64,000 nt of DNA, taken from contig CAZYPR010000003.1 in assembly GCA_964649495.1 (NCBI GenBank), forward strand, positions 17,879-81,878. The letters are read 5' to 3'. Under the pieces are notes generated by a model that was not told the origin of the DNA, made no database searches, and worked only from the letters and a program-made list of their open reading frames with translations. The number at the start of each line of letters is the position of its first letter. Within the stretch, counting starts at the first letter, position 1. Source of the stretch: an uncultured Clostridia bacterium. Its GTDB lineage: Bacteria > Acidobacteriota > Aminicenantia > JBFLYD01 > JBBIMS01. Both the position numbers and the translations under genes were made by a program. Positions 1 to 9,431 of the stretch are shown here, one piece after another.

Positions 1-629
1 ATGAGGTATATGGAAGTATTGAGGATGGTTCCTTCCATGAAAATTCCCCTCTGAATCCCTCCTCTCCATATTCAGCTTCCAAGGCAGGTGCAGATCGCCT
101 TGCCTATTCTTATTTCAAGACTTTTTCTGTTCCTGTAATAATTGTAAGACCTTGCAACAACTATGGTCCCTTTCAGTTCCCTGAAAAATTAATCCCCCTT
201 TTTATTACCAATGCTCTTGAAAACAAGGAACTCCCCCTTTACGGAGATGGGCAGAATGTGAGGGACTGGCTTTTTGTAAGGGATTGCTGTAGAGCAATAG
301 ATTTTGTTTTGAAAAATGGAAAAATTGGAGAAGTTTACAATATTGGTGCAGGACAAGAAGTTAAAAATATTGAAATTGCAAAAAAGATTCTTGAGCTAAC
401 AGGAAAATCTGAAAACCTCATAAAATTTGTCAAAGACAGACCTGGCCATGATAGAAGATACTCCCTTGACTGGTCGAAAATAAGGAGTTTAGGATGGCAT
501 CCTGAAGTTGGTATTGAAGAAGGACTGGAAATAACAGTTAAATGGTATAAGGAGAACCTTTCCTGGTGGAAAGAAATAAAGGAAGAGTCAGAGGAATTCA
601 AAAAGTTTTATAAATCTTATTACGGATAG
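1..629 (+). CDS. rfbB: dTDP-glucose 4,6-dehydratase, C-terminal part (5' end lies outside the window)
   Basis: The frame is open from position 3. The translation ...SPYSASKAGADRLAYSYFKTF...PCNNYGPFQFPEKLIPLFI...GDGQNVRDWLFVRDCCRAIDFVL carries the SDR extended-family YxxxK active-site context and the RmlB C-terminal motifs. The stop codon is at 627-629. Confidence 0.85.
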   Translation, partial: EVYGSIEDGSFHENSPLNPSSPYSASKAGADRLAYSYFKTFSVPVIIVRPCNNYGPFQFPEKLIPLFITNALENKELPLYGDGQNVRDWLFVRDCCRAIDFVLKNGKIGEVYNIGAGQEVKNIEIAKKILELTGKSENLIKFVKDRPGHDRRYSLDWSKIRSLGWHPEVGIEEGLEITVKWYKENLSWWKEIKEESEEFKKFYKSYYG

Positions 630-659
630 CATAAGTATAATCTTATATGGAGGATAGAT

Positions 660-1619
660 ATGAGAGTTCTTATAACAGGAATAACAGGATTTGCGGGGAG
701 TCATCTTGCAGAATATATTTTAAAGGAGTTCCATGATGTGGAGGTGTGGGGGCTTATCCGCTGGAGAAGTCCTCTCAACAACATAATTCAAATAAAAGAA
801 AAATTACACTTAGTAGAAGGAGATTTAAAAGATTATTTCTCTTTAAGGGAAGCACTGAAAATTTCAAAGCCTGACAGAATATTCCATCTTGCTGCTCAAA
901 GCTTTGTTCCCACCTCATGGAAACTTCCCGCAGAGACCTTCTCAATAAATGCAATTGGAGAGATAAATCTTTTTGAGGCAATAAGGGAGTTAAAACTTGA
1001 TCCATTAATACATATAGCGTGTTCATCAGAGGAGTATGGTCTTGTTTACGAAAATGAGGTTCCAATAAAAGAGACAAATCCCTTGAGACCCCTCAGTCCC
1101 TATGCGGTTTCAAAAGTTGCTCAGGATATGCTTGCCTTCCAATATTTTCAGAGTTACAAACTTAAAACTGTAAGGACAAGGGCTTTTAACCATTCGGGTC
1201 CAAGAAGGGGGCATGTTTTTGTCACTTCTAATTTTGCTATGCAAATTGCAATGATTGAAAAAGGAAAACAGCCTCCTGAGATTCATGTTGGGGATCTTAC
1301 AGCTAAAAGGGATTTTTCTGATGTCAGAGATGTTGTAAGAGGCTACTGGCTTTCCCTTGAAAAGGGTGAACCAGGAGAAGTCTACAATATAAGCTCAGGG
1401 AAGGCATACCAGATAAAAGAAATCCTCGATATTCTCCTCTCCTACAGCAAAGTAAATGTAAAAGTTGTTCAGGATCCTGAAAGGATGAGACCTTCAGATG
1501 TTCTTCTCCTTATAGGAGACAGCACAAAATTTCAATCCAAAACTGGATGGAAACCATCTATTCCGTTTGAGCAAACTCTAAAGGATCTCCTTGAATGGTG
1601 GAGAGAGAGAATACAATGA
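660..1619 (+). CDS. NAD-dependent epimerase/dehydratase of the GDP-mannose 4,6-dehydratase / GDP-4-keto-6-deoxymannose reductase (Gmd/Rmd) family
   Basis: The N-terminal Rossmann motif is MRVLITGITGFAGSHLAEYIL. The protein is a 319-aa extended SDR that sits directly after rfbB, with an RBS-like ggagg upstream. Confidence 0.7.
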   Translation: MRVLITGITGFAGSHLAEYILKEFHDVEVWGLIRWRSPLNNIIQIKEKLHLVEGDLKDYFSLREALKISKPDRIFHLAAQSFVPTSWKLPAETFSINAIGEINLFEAIRELKLDPLIHIACSSEEYGLVYENEVPIKETNPLRPLSPYAVSKVAQDMLAFQYFQSYKLKTVRTRAFNHSGPRRGHVFVTSNFAMQIAMIEKGKQPPEIHVGDLTAKRDFSDVRDVVRGYWLSLEKGEPGEVYNISSGKAYQIKEILDILLSYSKVNVKVVQDPERMRPSDVLLLIGDSTKFQSKTGWKPSIPFEQTLKDLLEWWRERIQ

Positions 1620-1645
1620 AAAAGTTAAAAAGCAAAAATTAAAGA

Positions 1646-2572
1646 GTGAAAGTAAAAGTTTTCATAACTGGATTGACAGGTTTTGCGGGAGTTCATTTAT
1701 CTCAATATCTTGAAGGAGAAGGTTTTGATGTTTACGGAACTTCATGGCCTGAGAAAATAGAAAACAAAAAAATTTTCTGGCTTGATTTAAGAAATGGAAG
1801 AAAACTGAGCAAGATTTTAAAGAGTATTAATCCTGACTGGATATTTCATCTTGCTGCTCTATCCCATGTTGGTGAGTCCTGGAAAATGGTGAAAAAAACA
1901 GTTTCTACAAATTTCCTTTCAACTTTAAATTTATTTGAAAGCGCCTTTAATCTTTCCAGGAAACCAAAAATTCTTTTTATAAGCTCTGCTGAAGTTTATG
2001 GCTCGGTAAAATATAATGAACTCCCCATAAAAGAGATTCAACCCGTAAATCCTTCGAATCCCTATGCATTCTCAAAACTTTTGGGTGAAATCCTTTCCTC
2101 CCTTTACAACTCTCTTGGAATGGAAATTCTTGTTGTCAGACCCTTTAATTACACTGGACCGGGACAGAGTCCAAAATTTGTATGTTCAGATTTTGCCTAT
2201 CAGATTGTTATGATTGAGAAAGGTAAATTAAAACCAGAGATAAGGGTTGGGAATCTCTCTGTTAGAAGGGATTTCACTGATGTTAGGGATGTTGTTAGAG
2301 CATTCAGAATCATAATGGAAAAAGGAGAGAAGGGAGCTCCTTACAATGTTTGTAGTGGAAAGAGCTATTCCATTGAGGAAATCCTTCAAACCCTTCTCCA
2401 ATTCTCAAAAAAAAAGATAGAAATAATAAAAGATGAGAGGAGGTTTAGGAAAGTTGATGTTCCTGATATTTACGGCGATTATTCAAAAGTAGAAGAACTC
2501 GGATGGAAGCCAACCATCCCCATTGAAAAGACCTTACAAGACATAATAAAATGGTGGAGGGAAAAGTTATGA
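1646..2572 (+). CDS. NAD-dependent epimerase/dehydratase, a paralog of the upstream gene (Gmd/Rmd-like)
   Basis: It has a GTG start and the Rossmann motif VFITGLTGFAGVHLSQYL. It is 308 aa and clearly paralogous to 660-1619 (shared DFxDVRDVVRA and YN[IV]xSG motifs). Confidence 0.7.
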   Translation: MKVKVFITGLTGFAGVHLSQYLEGEGFDVYGTSWPEKIENKKIFWLDLRNGRKLSKILKSINPDWIFHLAALSHVGESWKMVKKTVSTNFLSTLNLFESAFNLSRKPKILFISSAEVYGSVKYNELPIKEIQPVNPSNPYAFSKLLGEILSSLYNSLGMEILVVRPFNYTGPGQSPKFVCSDFAYQIVMIEKGKLKPEIRVGNLSVRRDFTDVRDVVRAFRIIMEKGEKGAPYNVCSGKSYSIEEILQTLLQFSKKKIEIIKDERRFRKVDVPDIYGDYSKVEELGWKPTIPIEKTLQDIIKWWREKL

Positions 2573-3570
2573 AAGTCCTTTTAACAGGAGGAACTGGTTT
2601 CTTAGGTAAAAATCTTCTTAAATCACTCCTTGAAAAAGGTTTTTCTATTAAAGCTCTTGTAAGAGATGAAAATAAAAAGGAAGAATTGGGAGAGGATATT
2701 GAGGTAGTAATCGGAGACATAAGAGATAGAGAAAAACTTTTCAAAGAATCAAAGAATATTGAAGGAATATTTCATCTCTCAGCCCTTGTAAAAAGCTGGG
2801 TTAGAAGGGTTCCCGATTATTATGAGATAAATGTTGAAGGAACAAGAAACATAATGGAAATATCCCGAAAAAGAGACATTAAAACCATTTATGTATCATC
2901 ATTTATAGTATCAGGCCCTACAGGGAACAGCATCTTTGAGGAAAAGGACTTTAAAGAAAGAAAGAAATTCTACAATCACTACGAGAGGTCAAAATATTTT
3001 GCATTTATGCTTGCAAAGGAATATATAAAATGGGGAGCCCCTGTCATAATTGTTTTTCCGGGAGTAATTTACGGAGAGGGAGAACTGAGGGATTCAAACA
3101 TAATAGTAAAGAATATAGTTGACCATTTAAACGGTTCTCTTCCAGGAATCTTAGGAAAAGGTAAATCTATCTGGAATTTTGTCTATGTAAAGGATTGTGT
3201 CAACGGTATTCTTCTTGCATGGGAAAAGGGGAAAATTGGAGAATCATACATAATTGGTGGAGAAAATGCGGAAAATAGAAGAGTTTTCGAAATCGCCCGT
3301 TCCTATACAGGAGCTAAAACTCCCATGCTAAATATTCCCTATTGGATTGGTTATGGATTTGGATTAATCCAGTATTTTATTGCTGAAATCTCTAACAAAC
3401 CTCCAAAATTTGTCCACAATGATGTTCTTATCTTTAAGAGAAACTGGGCATATAGCTCAAAAAAAGCTGAGAGGGAATTGGGTTATAAATGGAAGAATCT
3501 TGAGGAAGGGATGAAAATGACCCTCGACTGGCTAAAGGAGAAGGGATATGCAAAAATTTTCAGAGGATAA
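2569..3570 (+). CDS. NAD(P)-dependent oxidoreductase of the SDR family (HpnA/cinnamoyl-CoA-reductase-like sugar epimerase/reductase)
   Basis: It starts MKVLLTGGTGFLGKNLLKSLLEKG. The ATG at 2569 has a ggaggg RBS and overlaps the previous stop as ATGA. The ORF track instead begins at 2551. Confidence 0.6.
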   Translation: MKVLLTGGTGFLGKNLLKSLLEKGFSIKALVRDENKKEELGEDIEVVIGDIRDREKLFKESKNIEGIFHLSALVKSWVRRVPDYYEINVEGTRNIMEISRKRDIKTIYVSSFIVSGPTGNSIFEEKDFKERKKFYNHYERSKYFAFMLAKEYIKWGAPVIIVFPGVIYGEGELRDSNIIVKNIVDHLNGSLPGILGKGKSIWNFVYVKDCVNGILLAWEKGKIGESYIIGGENAENRRVFEIARSYTGAKTPMLNIPYWIGYGFGLIQYFIAEISNKPPKFVHNDVLIFKRNWAYSSKKAERELGYKWKNLEEGMKMTLDWLKEKGYAKIFRG

Positions 3571-4888
3571 AAGGAAGATTCTCCATATTTTGATGGGGTT
3601 TTTCGCATTACTTCTGAGATGGCTTCCCTGGCAGATTGCTCTCCTTTGTGCTCTGGCAGCATTAATCAACAATCTCACCCTTTTAAGGTGGATAGGAGAA
3701 AAAACTTTGTTCAGAGAAAAGGAGAGAAAAGGAGTAGGTGGAATAATATTTTATCCTATATCAGTTTTCCTTTTAATACTGATTTTCAGAAATTCCCTTC
3801 ACATTGCATCAGCAGGATGGGGGATGATGGCATTTGGTGATGGAATTGCCACATTAACGGGAATTCATTTTGGAAAGAAAAAACTTCCTTGGAACAAAGA
3901 AAAGAGCTGGGTTGGGCTTTTTTCATCTCTAATTTTTGGCTATATCTCAATGGTTTTTCTCATCTGGTGGGTAGGAACAAGGTATGGCTCTCTCAACAGC
4001 TATCTTCTATTCATTGCTCCCGCAATAGTTGCGATATTTGCATCCTTAATTGAAACAATGAAAATTGGAGTAGATGACAACCTCACAATCCCCCTCTTCT
4101 CTGGGATTTTTCTTTACTATCTCTATTTAATAGAACCTGAGATTTCAAAGGCAAATCTTCCAATCATAATTAACCGTCTTCCTTTAGCTCTCTTGTTCAC
4201 TGTGCTCTTTGCAATTGCTGGATATCTGATAAAGGGGGTCAATATTTCAGGTTTCTTCTCAGGAATTATAATTGGATTGGGGGTATGGGTATTCTCAGAC
4301 TATAAAGGATTTATATCTTTACTTCTATTTTTCCTTCTTGGGACCCTCTCAACAAAAATTGGATATTCAAGGAAAAAATCCTTGGGAATAGAAGAAAAAG
4401 GTGGAGGTGCAAGGTCTTATGAAAATGTTCTTGGAAAAGGTCTATCTCCGCTTCTATTCTCAATTCTTTCCCTTCTTTCAAAAAATCCAGTTGCATTTTC
4501 CATTGCCTTTTACTCATCCCTCTGTGCGGGAACCTTTGACACGGTTTCATCTGAGCTGGGAAAAGCTTTTGGAAAGAGAACAATCTCACCATTGAATTTT
4601 AAAGAGGTGAAGAAAGGAGAACCAGGAGGAATATCTTTTGAAGGATTAATCTCTGGCTTTCTCTCATCAATTATTTTTATTTTCATTTCATTCCTCTTTA
4701 ACCAAACATTTCCATTCAAATTCTTCCTTATAGCATTAGCTCTTTCATCGATAATTTCAAACATCGCAGAATCTTACATCTCAATTTTTCTTGAGGGAAA
4801 AGGGCTAATATCCAACGAAATAACAAATTTCCTAAATACTCTGATTGCGGGAGTTTCTGGATATTTTATTTATTCTTTGATGAGCTGA
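3548..4888 (+). CDS. Polytopic membrane protein fusing an N-terminal CTP-dependent polyprenol kinase-like domain (dolichol/phytol kinase, CDS family) to a C-terminal DUF92/COG1836-like domain
   Basis: The N-terminal half contains AFGDGIATLTGIHFGKKKLPWNKEKSWVG, matching the polyprenol-kinase/CDS signature (GDGxAxxxGxxxGxxKLPWNxxKSxxG). The C-terminal half is multi-TM with GGGARSYENVLGKG, reminiscent of the DUF92 (TMEM19/VTE6-like) family. The whole protein is about 12 TM segments. Confidence 0.5.
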   Translation: MQKFSEDKRKILHILMGFFALLLRWLPWQIALLCALAALINNLTLLRWIGEKTLFREKERKGVGGIIFYPISVFLLILIFRNSLHIASAGWGMMAFGDGIATLTGIHFGKKKLPWNKEKSWVGLFSSLIFGYISMVFLIWWVGTRYGSLNSYLLFIAPAIVAIFASLIETMKIGVDDNLTIPLFSGIFLYYLYLIEPEISKANLPIIINRLPLALLFTVLFAIAGYLIKGVNISGFFSGIIIGLGVWVFSDYKGFISLLLFFLLGTLSTKIGYSRKKSLGIEEKGGGARSYENVLGKGLSPLLFSILSLLSKNPVAFSIAFYSSLCAGTFDTVSSELGKAFGKRTISPLNFKEVKKGEPGGISFEGLISGFLSSIIFIFISFLFNQTFPFKFFLIALALSSIISNIAESYISIFLEGKGLISNEITNFLNTLIAGVSGYFIYSLMS

Positions 4889-5030
4889 AAAAACAAAACT
4901 GGTAATAGTCTTAGTAACTGGCTAAATTTCATAGCTGAGATGACATTAAAATCATTTATCGCATGCTAAAGCCTTTGGATACAAAGTTCCTTAAATTCCT
5001 CTTACTAAGTGGAATAAAGGTAACTCAGAA

Positions 5031-6272
5031 TTATCTCAATCTTTTTGCTTCTACAACTCCTTTTTTCCCATCGTAAAAGGCGTAACCTATCTTGTTTCCA
5101 TTCCTATCGAAAAACTCATAATTTATAGCAACAATTTCTCCTTCTTTGTAAGTATACTCGACTTTAATATTTCCTTGAGCTGACAAAATAGTTTTTGACC
5201 ATGTGAGAGTTTTTTCAGTGCCACGCTGTTCAATCCTCCCTGTCCAATCACGATTTGCAGGATCAGTAATTCTTCCAGGATCAAAACCCATAGATTCAGC
5301 TTGTTCAGGAGTAGGTAGATTTCTACCGCAGAAATCAATACCTCTACTTCCCCTCCCTGATGCAGACTCTGAGGGATTTATAATTGTTCTTCCCTTTTCT
5401 GTTTTTGAACTCTTTTCCCTTTCATAACCCGATTTTGTGGATTGGTCAGGATAGTTTTGAGCTGGTTGTATCCCTCTGTCTAAGGACTTCCCCCCTCTCT
5501 TTTCCTGTATGCTGATTTTCTCTTCTTTCCTTTTTTTGATAGAAACTCCAAATTTTTCATTTAATTCGTCAGCCTTTTTGCATACTGGGCTGTCACAGGA
5601 GACAATTTCAGGATTAGGTGTGTAGATAGTCTTTTTTATCCATTCCTTTCTGTCTGATGGATATTCGGTGGATCTTACCGCTCCCTTTGCAAACTCTTGC
5701 CATGCCTGACGGTCTAAGTTATCATCATTACGACCAATTACCCAGCCCGTATGGATGTCTTCCGCCAATCTGTCAAGTTGCTCTTTTGTAGGATTCTCCG
5801 ATTTTTTCACCTCCTCCATATCTCTTCTTGTTCTTTGGTCGTTTATTTCTCTTGCATTATTCAGATGATGCTCAGCCGATTGTGTATCATTATTAAGAAA
5901 ATCATTCATGGCTGAATCCATTTCTTCTATAACTTTTTTATTCTCTTCAGTTCTATCAACCTCACCTTCCATTACTTGTCCTTGTTTCCCTATAGAAATG
6001 GATGGCTTAGTAGGTAAACCTGTAAATTCAACTTCTCCTTTAAGGCTGTATGTTTTCAATCCTCCCATTGTCTTTTCAACTCCCTGACAGGGGTCATTTC
6101 CAACTGCAGGTGCAGAGAAGCCAATTGAAAAAATTGCTCTTCCAACCTCATTTTGCGCTTCTTCCTTCTTAACCCCTATTTTTTTGAAAATGGGATGTTT
6201 GGTCTGGGATGATAAAGAAGATGTAAAGAGCAATGAACCAATTAAAAACAGTACTAAATTTCTTTTTTTCAT
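5031..6272 (-). CDS. Secreted hypothetical protein, charged and low-complexity
   Basis: It has the signal peptide MKKRNLVLFLIGSLLFTSSLSSQ and a long K/E/R-rich body, with no recognisable catalytic motif. A ggagg RBS lies upstream. Confidence 0.45.
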   Translation of the reverse strand: MKKRNLVLFLIGSLLFTSSLSSQTKHPIFKKIGVKKEEAQNEVGRAIFSIGFSAPAVGNDPCQGVEKTMGGLKTYSLKGEVEFTGLPTKPSISIGKQGQVMEGEVDRTEENKKVIEEMDSAMNDFLNNDTQSAEHHLNNAREINDQRTRRDMEEVKKSENPTKEQLDRLAEDIHTGWVIGRNDDNLDRQAWQEFAKGAVRSTEYPSDRKEWIKKTIYTPNPEIVSCDSPVCKKADELNEKFGVSIKKRKEEKISIQEKRGGKSLDRGIQPAQNYPDQSTKSGYEREKSSKTEKGRTIINPSESASGRGSRGIDFCGRNLPTPEQAESMGFDPGRITDPANRDWTGRIEQRGTEKTLTWSKTILSAQGNIKVEYTYKEGEIVAINYEFFDRNGNKIGYAFYDGKKGVVEAKRLR

Positions 6273-6308
6273 ATGTAAACCTCCATTATTTTCTTTAAAG
6301 TGTATTTT

Positions 6309-7160
6309 TTAAAAAACAAAGTTTAAATTAGCGGATGAAGTTGATACGCCCTTTGTTCTGAAAGCAAGATTCAAATGGACAGGACCAAAAATATTTATAT
6401 TCACTCCTCCAATAAGGTAGACATTTTCTTTCATTTTTGAATTAAGTTCTATATCATATTTTACATTACCAATATCCGCAGGGGTCCCTTCCATAAACCA
6501 GCTTGTTTTTGGCTTCATATCTATGTATCCGCCACCGAGATAGGGTGTTAATTTCCCGAATTTTTTACTTAAAATTATTCCTGCGATGATTTCATTCACT
6601 GCTGTATCCACTCTGTATTTTACCTCTCCTCCTCCATGCTGGATTCTGAATTGCTCCTCCTCAAATTCTTTGAACTCAATCCCATTTATATACATTTTTC
6701 CGTCAGGTTTATATGTTATATAATCAGCATTTATTTCCGCTTTAAAGCCAGCAATTTCAAAAACTTTAACCTTTGCTCCCACTCCCCATATAAAAGATAT
6801 ATTCCCTTTAAATTTTAATTCCTGTGGTGGTGTTCCAGGTTCACCTGGTGGGTTCTCAAGCGAAACATTCCAATCGAGACTTGTGAAGCCTACTTTACCG
6901 TAAATTGAGAAGAAATTCAAAGGAGAAATAGAACATCTAAGGAAGGCTCTACTTGATTTTGAAGGGATTCCCTCCTTTGATGTTTCGAGAGTGTGAAAGT
7001 CAACTTTTCCGGGAAGTGTGATAACTGCCTTACCACCATTGTTTATAAGATTTCTATCACTTACACTCTCAAACTCCAAACCAAAGCTCAAAAACTTCTC
7101 CTGAGCTACTAAAGAAAAAATAAATAACATACTAAAAAGTATCCTTAGTGTGGATTTCAT
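6309..7160 (-). CDS. Outer-membrane beta-barrel protein
   Basis: It has a signal peptide (MKSTLRILFSMLFIFSLVAQE) and alternating hydrophobic beta-strand patterning. The C-terminal ...NLNFVF ends in Phe, as is typical for OMPs. A strong RBS (aggaggtaaaaaatg) precedes it. Confidence 0.55.
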   Translation of the reverse strand: MKSTLRILFSMLFIFSLVAQEKFLSFGLEFESVSDRNLINNGGKAVITLPGKVDFHTLETSKEGIPSKSSRAFLRCSISPLNFFSIYGKVGFTSLDWNVSLENPPGEPGTPPQELKFKGNISFIWGVGAKVKVFEIAGFKAEINADYITYKPDGKMYINGIEFKEFEEEQFRIQHGGGEVKYRVDTAVNEIIAGIILSKKFGKLTPYLGGGYIDMKPKTSWFMEGTPADIGNVKYDIELNSKMKENVYLIGGVNINIFGPVHLNLAFRTKGVSTSSANLNFVF

Positions 7161-7236
7161 TTTTTACCTCCTCATAAATTCTAAAATTCAAAGATGAAAA
7201 AGTCAAAGAATTTTAAATTTGAATTTAAGGTTTTTG

Positions 7237-7265
7237 TTGACAGCAGGAAAGAATTGTTTTATATT
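7237..7265 (+). promoter_or_regulatory. Sigma70-type promoter (TTGACA-17-TATATT) upstream of thiC
   Basis: TTGACA sits at 7237-7242, followed by a 17-nt spacer and TATATT at 7260-7265. The thiC ATG at 7286 lies 20 nt downstream. Confidence 0.4.
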
Positions 7266-7285
7266 TTGAACTAAGAGTCAATTCT

Positions 7286-8599
7286 ATGGAGAAATCAATG
7301 AGCTTAATAGATGAGCTAAAAAAGGGAAATATTCCTCCTTCAGTCAAGATTGTTGCTGAGGAGGAAGGGATTTCGAAAGAAGAACTTGCTGAAAATATAA
7401 TAAAGGGTCATGCTGTAATTGTTGCCAATAAACTTCACAGAAACATTAAACCTGTTGGAGTAGGTAAAAAGCTCAGAACAAAGGTGAATACAAATCTTGG
7501 AACTTCCATGGATTTTCCCCATATTAAGTATGAAATTGAGAAGCTGAAGCTTGCAATAAAATATAAAACAGACACAGTAATGGATTTGAGCACAGGGGGT
7601 AACATCGACCTTAATAGAAAGGAAATAATAAAAAATTCAACAGTTCCTGTTGGCTCTGTTCCAATTTATCAGGCGGCTATTTATGGTCTCTCAAAGTGGG
7701 GGAATATGGTAAATCTTACGGTTGATGATATTTTTCATGTCATTGAGCTTCATGCAAAGGATGGAATTGATTTTATAACTGTTCATGCGGGTTTGACTCT
7801 TAAGGGTGTTGAAAGGCTGAAAAAGCAGGGAAGGCTTACGAGCATTGTTTCAAGGGGTGGAGCTTTTATGGTTGGTTGGATGATTCATAACGAAAAGGAG
7901 AATCCTCTTTACGAGCACTTTGATAGACTCTTGGAAATTGCAAAAAAATATGAGCTCACACTGAGTCTTGGAGATGGGCTAAGACCTGGTTCAATTGCTG
8001 ACTCAACTGACTGGGCTCAGATAGATGAGCTCCTTGTTCTCGGAGAGCTTGTAAAGAGGGCGAGGTCAGCAGGGGTTCAGGCTATTGTCGAAGGACCCGG
8101 TCATATTCCAATAAATGAGATTTCAATGAATATAAAACTTCAGAAGAAGATTTGCGATGATGCTCCCTTTTATGTTCTTGGTCCTCTTGTCACAGATATC
8201 GGTGCGGGATACGACCATATAACTGCAGCGATTGGCGGAGCTGTAGCTAGTGCTGAAGGAGCTGATTTCCTCTGCTATGTTACACCAACCGAGCATATTG
8301 GACTACCTGATTTAGAAGATGTGAAACAAGGTTTGATAGCCTTTAGAATAGCTGCCCACGCAGGAGATATTGCAAAGGGAATAAAGGGGGCAAAGGAGAT
8401 GGACAGAAAGATGTCAGAGGCGAGATATAAGCTTGATTGGGCTGAGCAGGAGAGATTGAGCCTTGATCCTGAAAAGTTCAGGGAAGTTAGAATGAAGAGA
8501 GGGAGTAAATCGAAGGCATGCTCCATGTGTTCTGATCTTTGCGCAATGAAAGTAATTTCAGAATTCCTTGAGGAAGGAAATGTCCAGTATCTCTTATGA
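7286..8599 (+). CDS. thiC: Phosphomethylpyrimidine synthase (HMP-P synthase), the short archaeal/thermophile-type ThiC
   Basis: It contains ...VEGPGHIPINEI...PFYVLGPLVTDIGAGYDHITAAIGGA...FLCYVTPTEHIGLP...CSMCSDLCAMK, with the C-terminal Cx2Cx4C radical-SAM cluster motif characteristic of ThiC. Confidence 0.9.
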   Translation: MEKSMSLIDELKKGNIPPSVKIVAEEEGISKEELAENIIKGHAVIVANKLHRNIKPVGVGKKLRTKVNTNLGTSMDFPHIKYEIEKLKLAIKYKTDTVMDLSTGGNIDLNRKEIIKNSTVPVGSVPIYQAAIYGLSKWGNMVNLTVDDIFHVIELHAKDGIDFITVHAGLTLKGVERLKKQGRLTSIVSRGGAFMVGWMIHNEKENPLYEHFDRLLEIAKKYELTLSLGDGLRPGSIADSTDWAQIDELLVLGELVKRARSAGVQAIVEGPGHIPINEISMNIKLQKKICDDAPFYVLGPLVTDIGAGYDHITAAIGGAVASAEGADFLCYVTPTEHIGLPDLEDVKQGLIAFRIAAHAGDIAKGIKGAKEMDRKMSEARYKLDWAEQERLSLDPEKFREVRMKRGSKSKACSMCSDLCAMKVISEFLEEGNVQYLL

Positions 8600-9431
8600 A
8601 GGAATTTTATTCGGAACTGGTGGAGTCCCTCTTAGCACAAAGGGAAGTTCCACTGAAGATGGGATAAGAAGAATAAGGGAGCTTGACCTTGATTGCATGG
8701 AGATAGAGTGGGTCAGGGGAGTCCATTTGAGGGAGGAAGGAGCTCGCTCAATAAAAAAAGTTGCGGAAGAGGAGAGAGTTGCCCTTTCAGTTCATGCTCC
8801 CTATTTTATTAATTTAAATTCTGAAGATAAAGAGAAGAGAATTGCCAGTATGGAAAGAATAATTGTATCCTGCAGAATGGGAGAACTTGCGGGAGCAAGG
8901 TCTGTTGTCTTTCATCCTGGATATTATGGGAATTCAAAGGATGCTTACTCTGTAATAAGAGATTCGATAAAGGAGATCTCCGATGAGCTTAAAAGGGAAA
9001 GGAAGAAAATTACTTTAAGACCTGAAACAACAGGTAAGCCAACCCAGTTTGGTAGTCTTGATGAGATTTTGAAAATTTGCGAAGAGGTCGAGGGGGTTCT
9101 TCCATGCGTTGATTTCGCCCATATTCATTCAAGAGAGAGCGGAAAATACAACAGTTATGAGGAATTTGCAAAAATTTTAAAGAGAATTGAAAGAGCTCTG
9201 GGTAAAGAATCCCTGAAAAATATGCACATACATATTTCAGGGATTGATTATTCTTCTAAGGGAGAGAAGAAACATCTTAATTTACAGGAATCGGATTTTA
9301 AATTTGATGAATGGATTCAGGTTTTGAAAGATTTTAGCGTTCAGGGATTGGTAATTATTGAAAGTCCTAACCTTGAAACAGACGCAATTTTACTTAAAAG
9401 GCTTTATCATGGCAAGGGAATTAAAAGTTAA
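8568..9431 (+). CDS. Xylose-isomerase-like TIM-barrel protein of AP endonuclease family 2 (endonuclease IV-like)
   Basis: It carries VHAPYFINLNS, VVFHPGYY, LRPETTGK, CVDFAHIHS and MHIHISG, a pattern of His/Glu/Asp metal ligands resembling Nfo. It overlaps the thiC 3' end by 32 nt. Confidence 0.5.
   Translation: MRKEMSSISYEGILFGTGGVPLSTKGSSTEDGIRRIRELDLDCMEIEWVRGVHLREEGARSIKKVAEEERVALSVHAPYFINLNSEDKEKRIASMERIIVSCRMGELAGARSVVFHPGYYGNSKDAYSVIRDSIKEISDELKRERKKITLRPETTGKPTQFGSLDEILKICEEVEGVLPCVDFAHIHSRESGKYNSYEEFAKILKRIERALGKESLKNMHIHISGIDYSSKGEKKHLNLQESDFKFDEWIQVLKDFSVQGLVIIESPNLETDAILLKRLYHGKGIKS

Noticed and set aside
7161-7285. TPP riboswitch upstream of thiC
   Set aside because: No CTGAGA or THI-box-like conserved stretches occur on either strand. 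The region is a short promoter plus leader.
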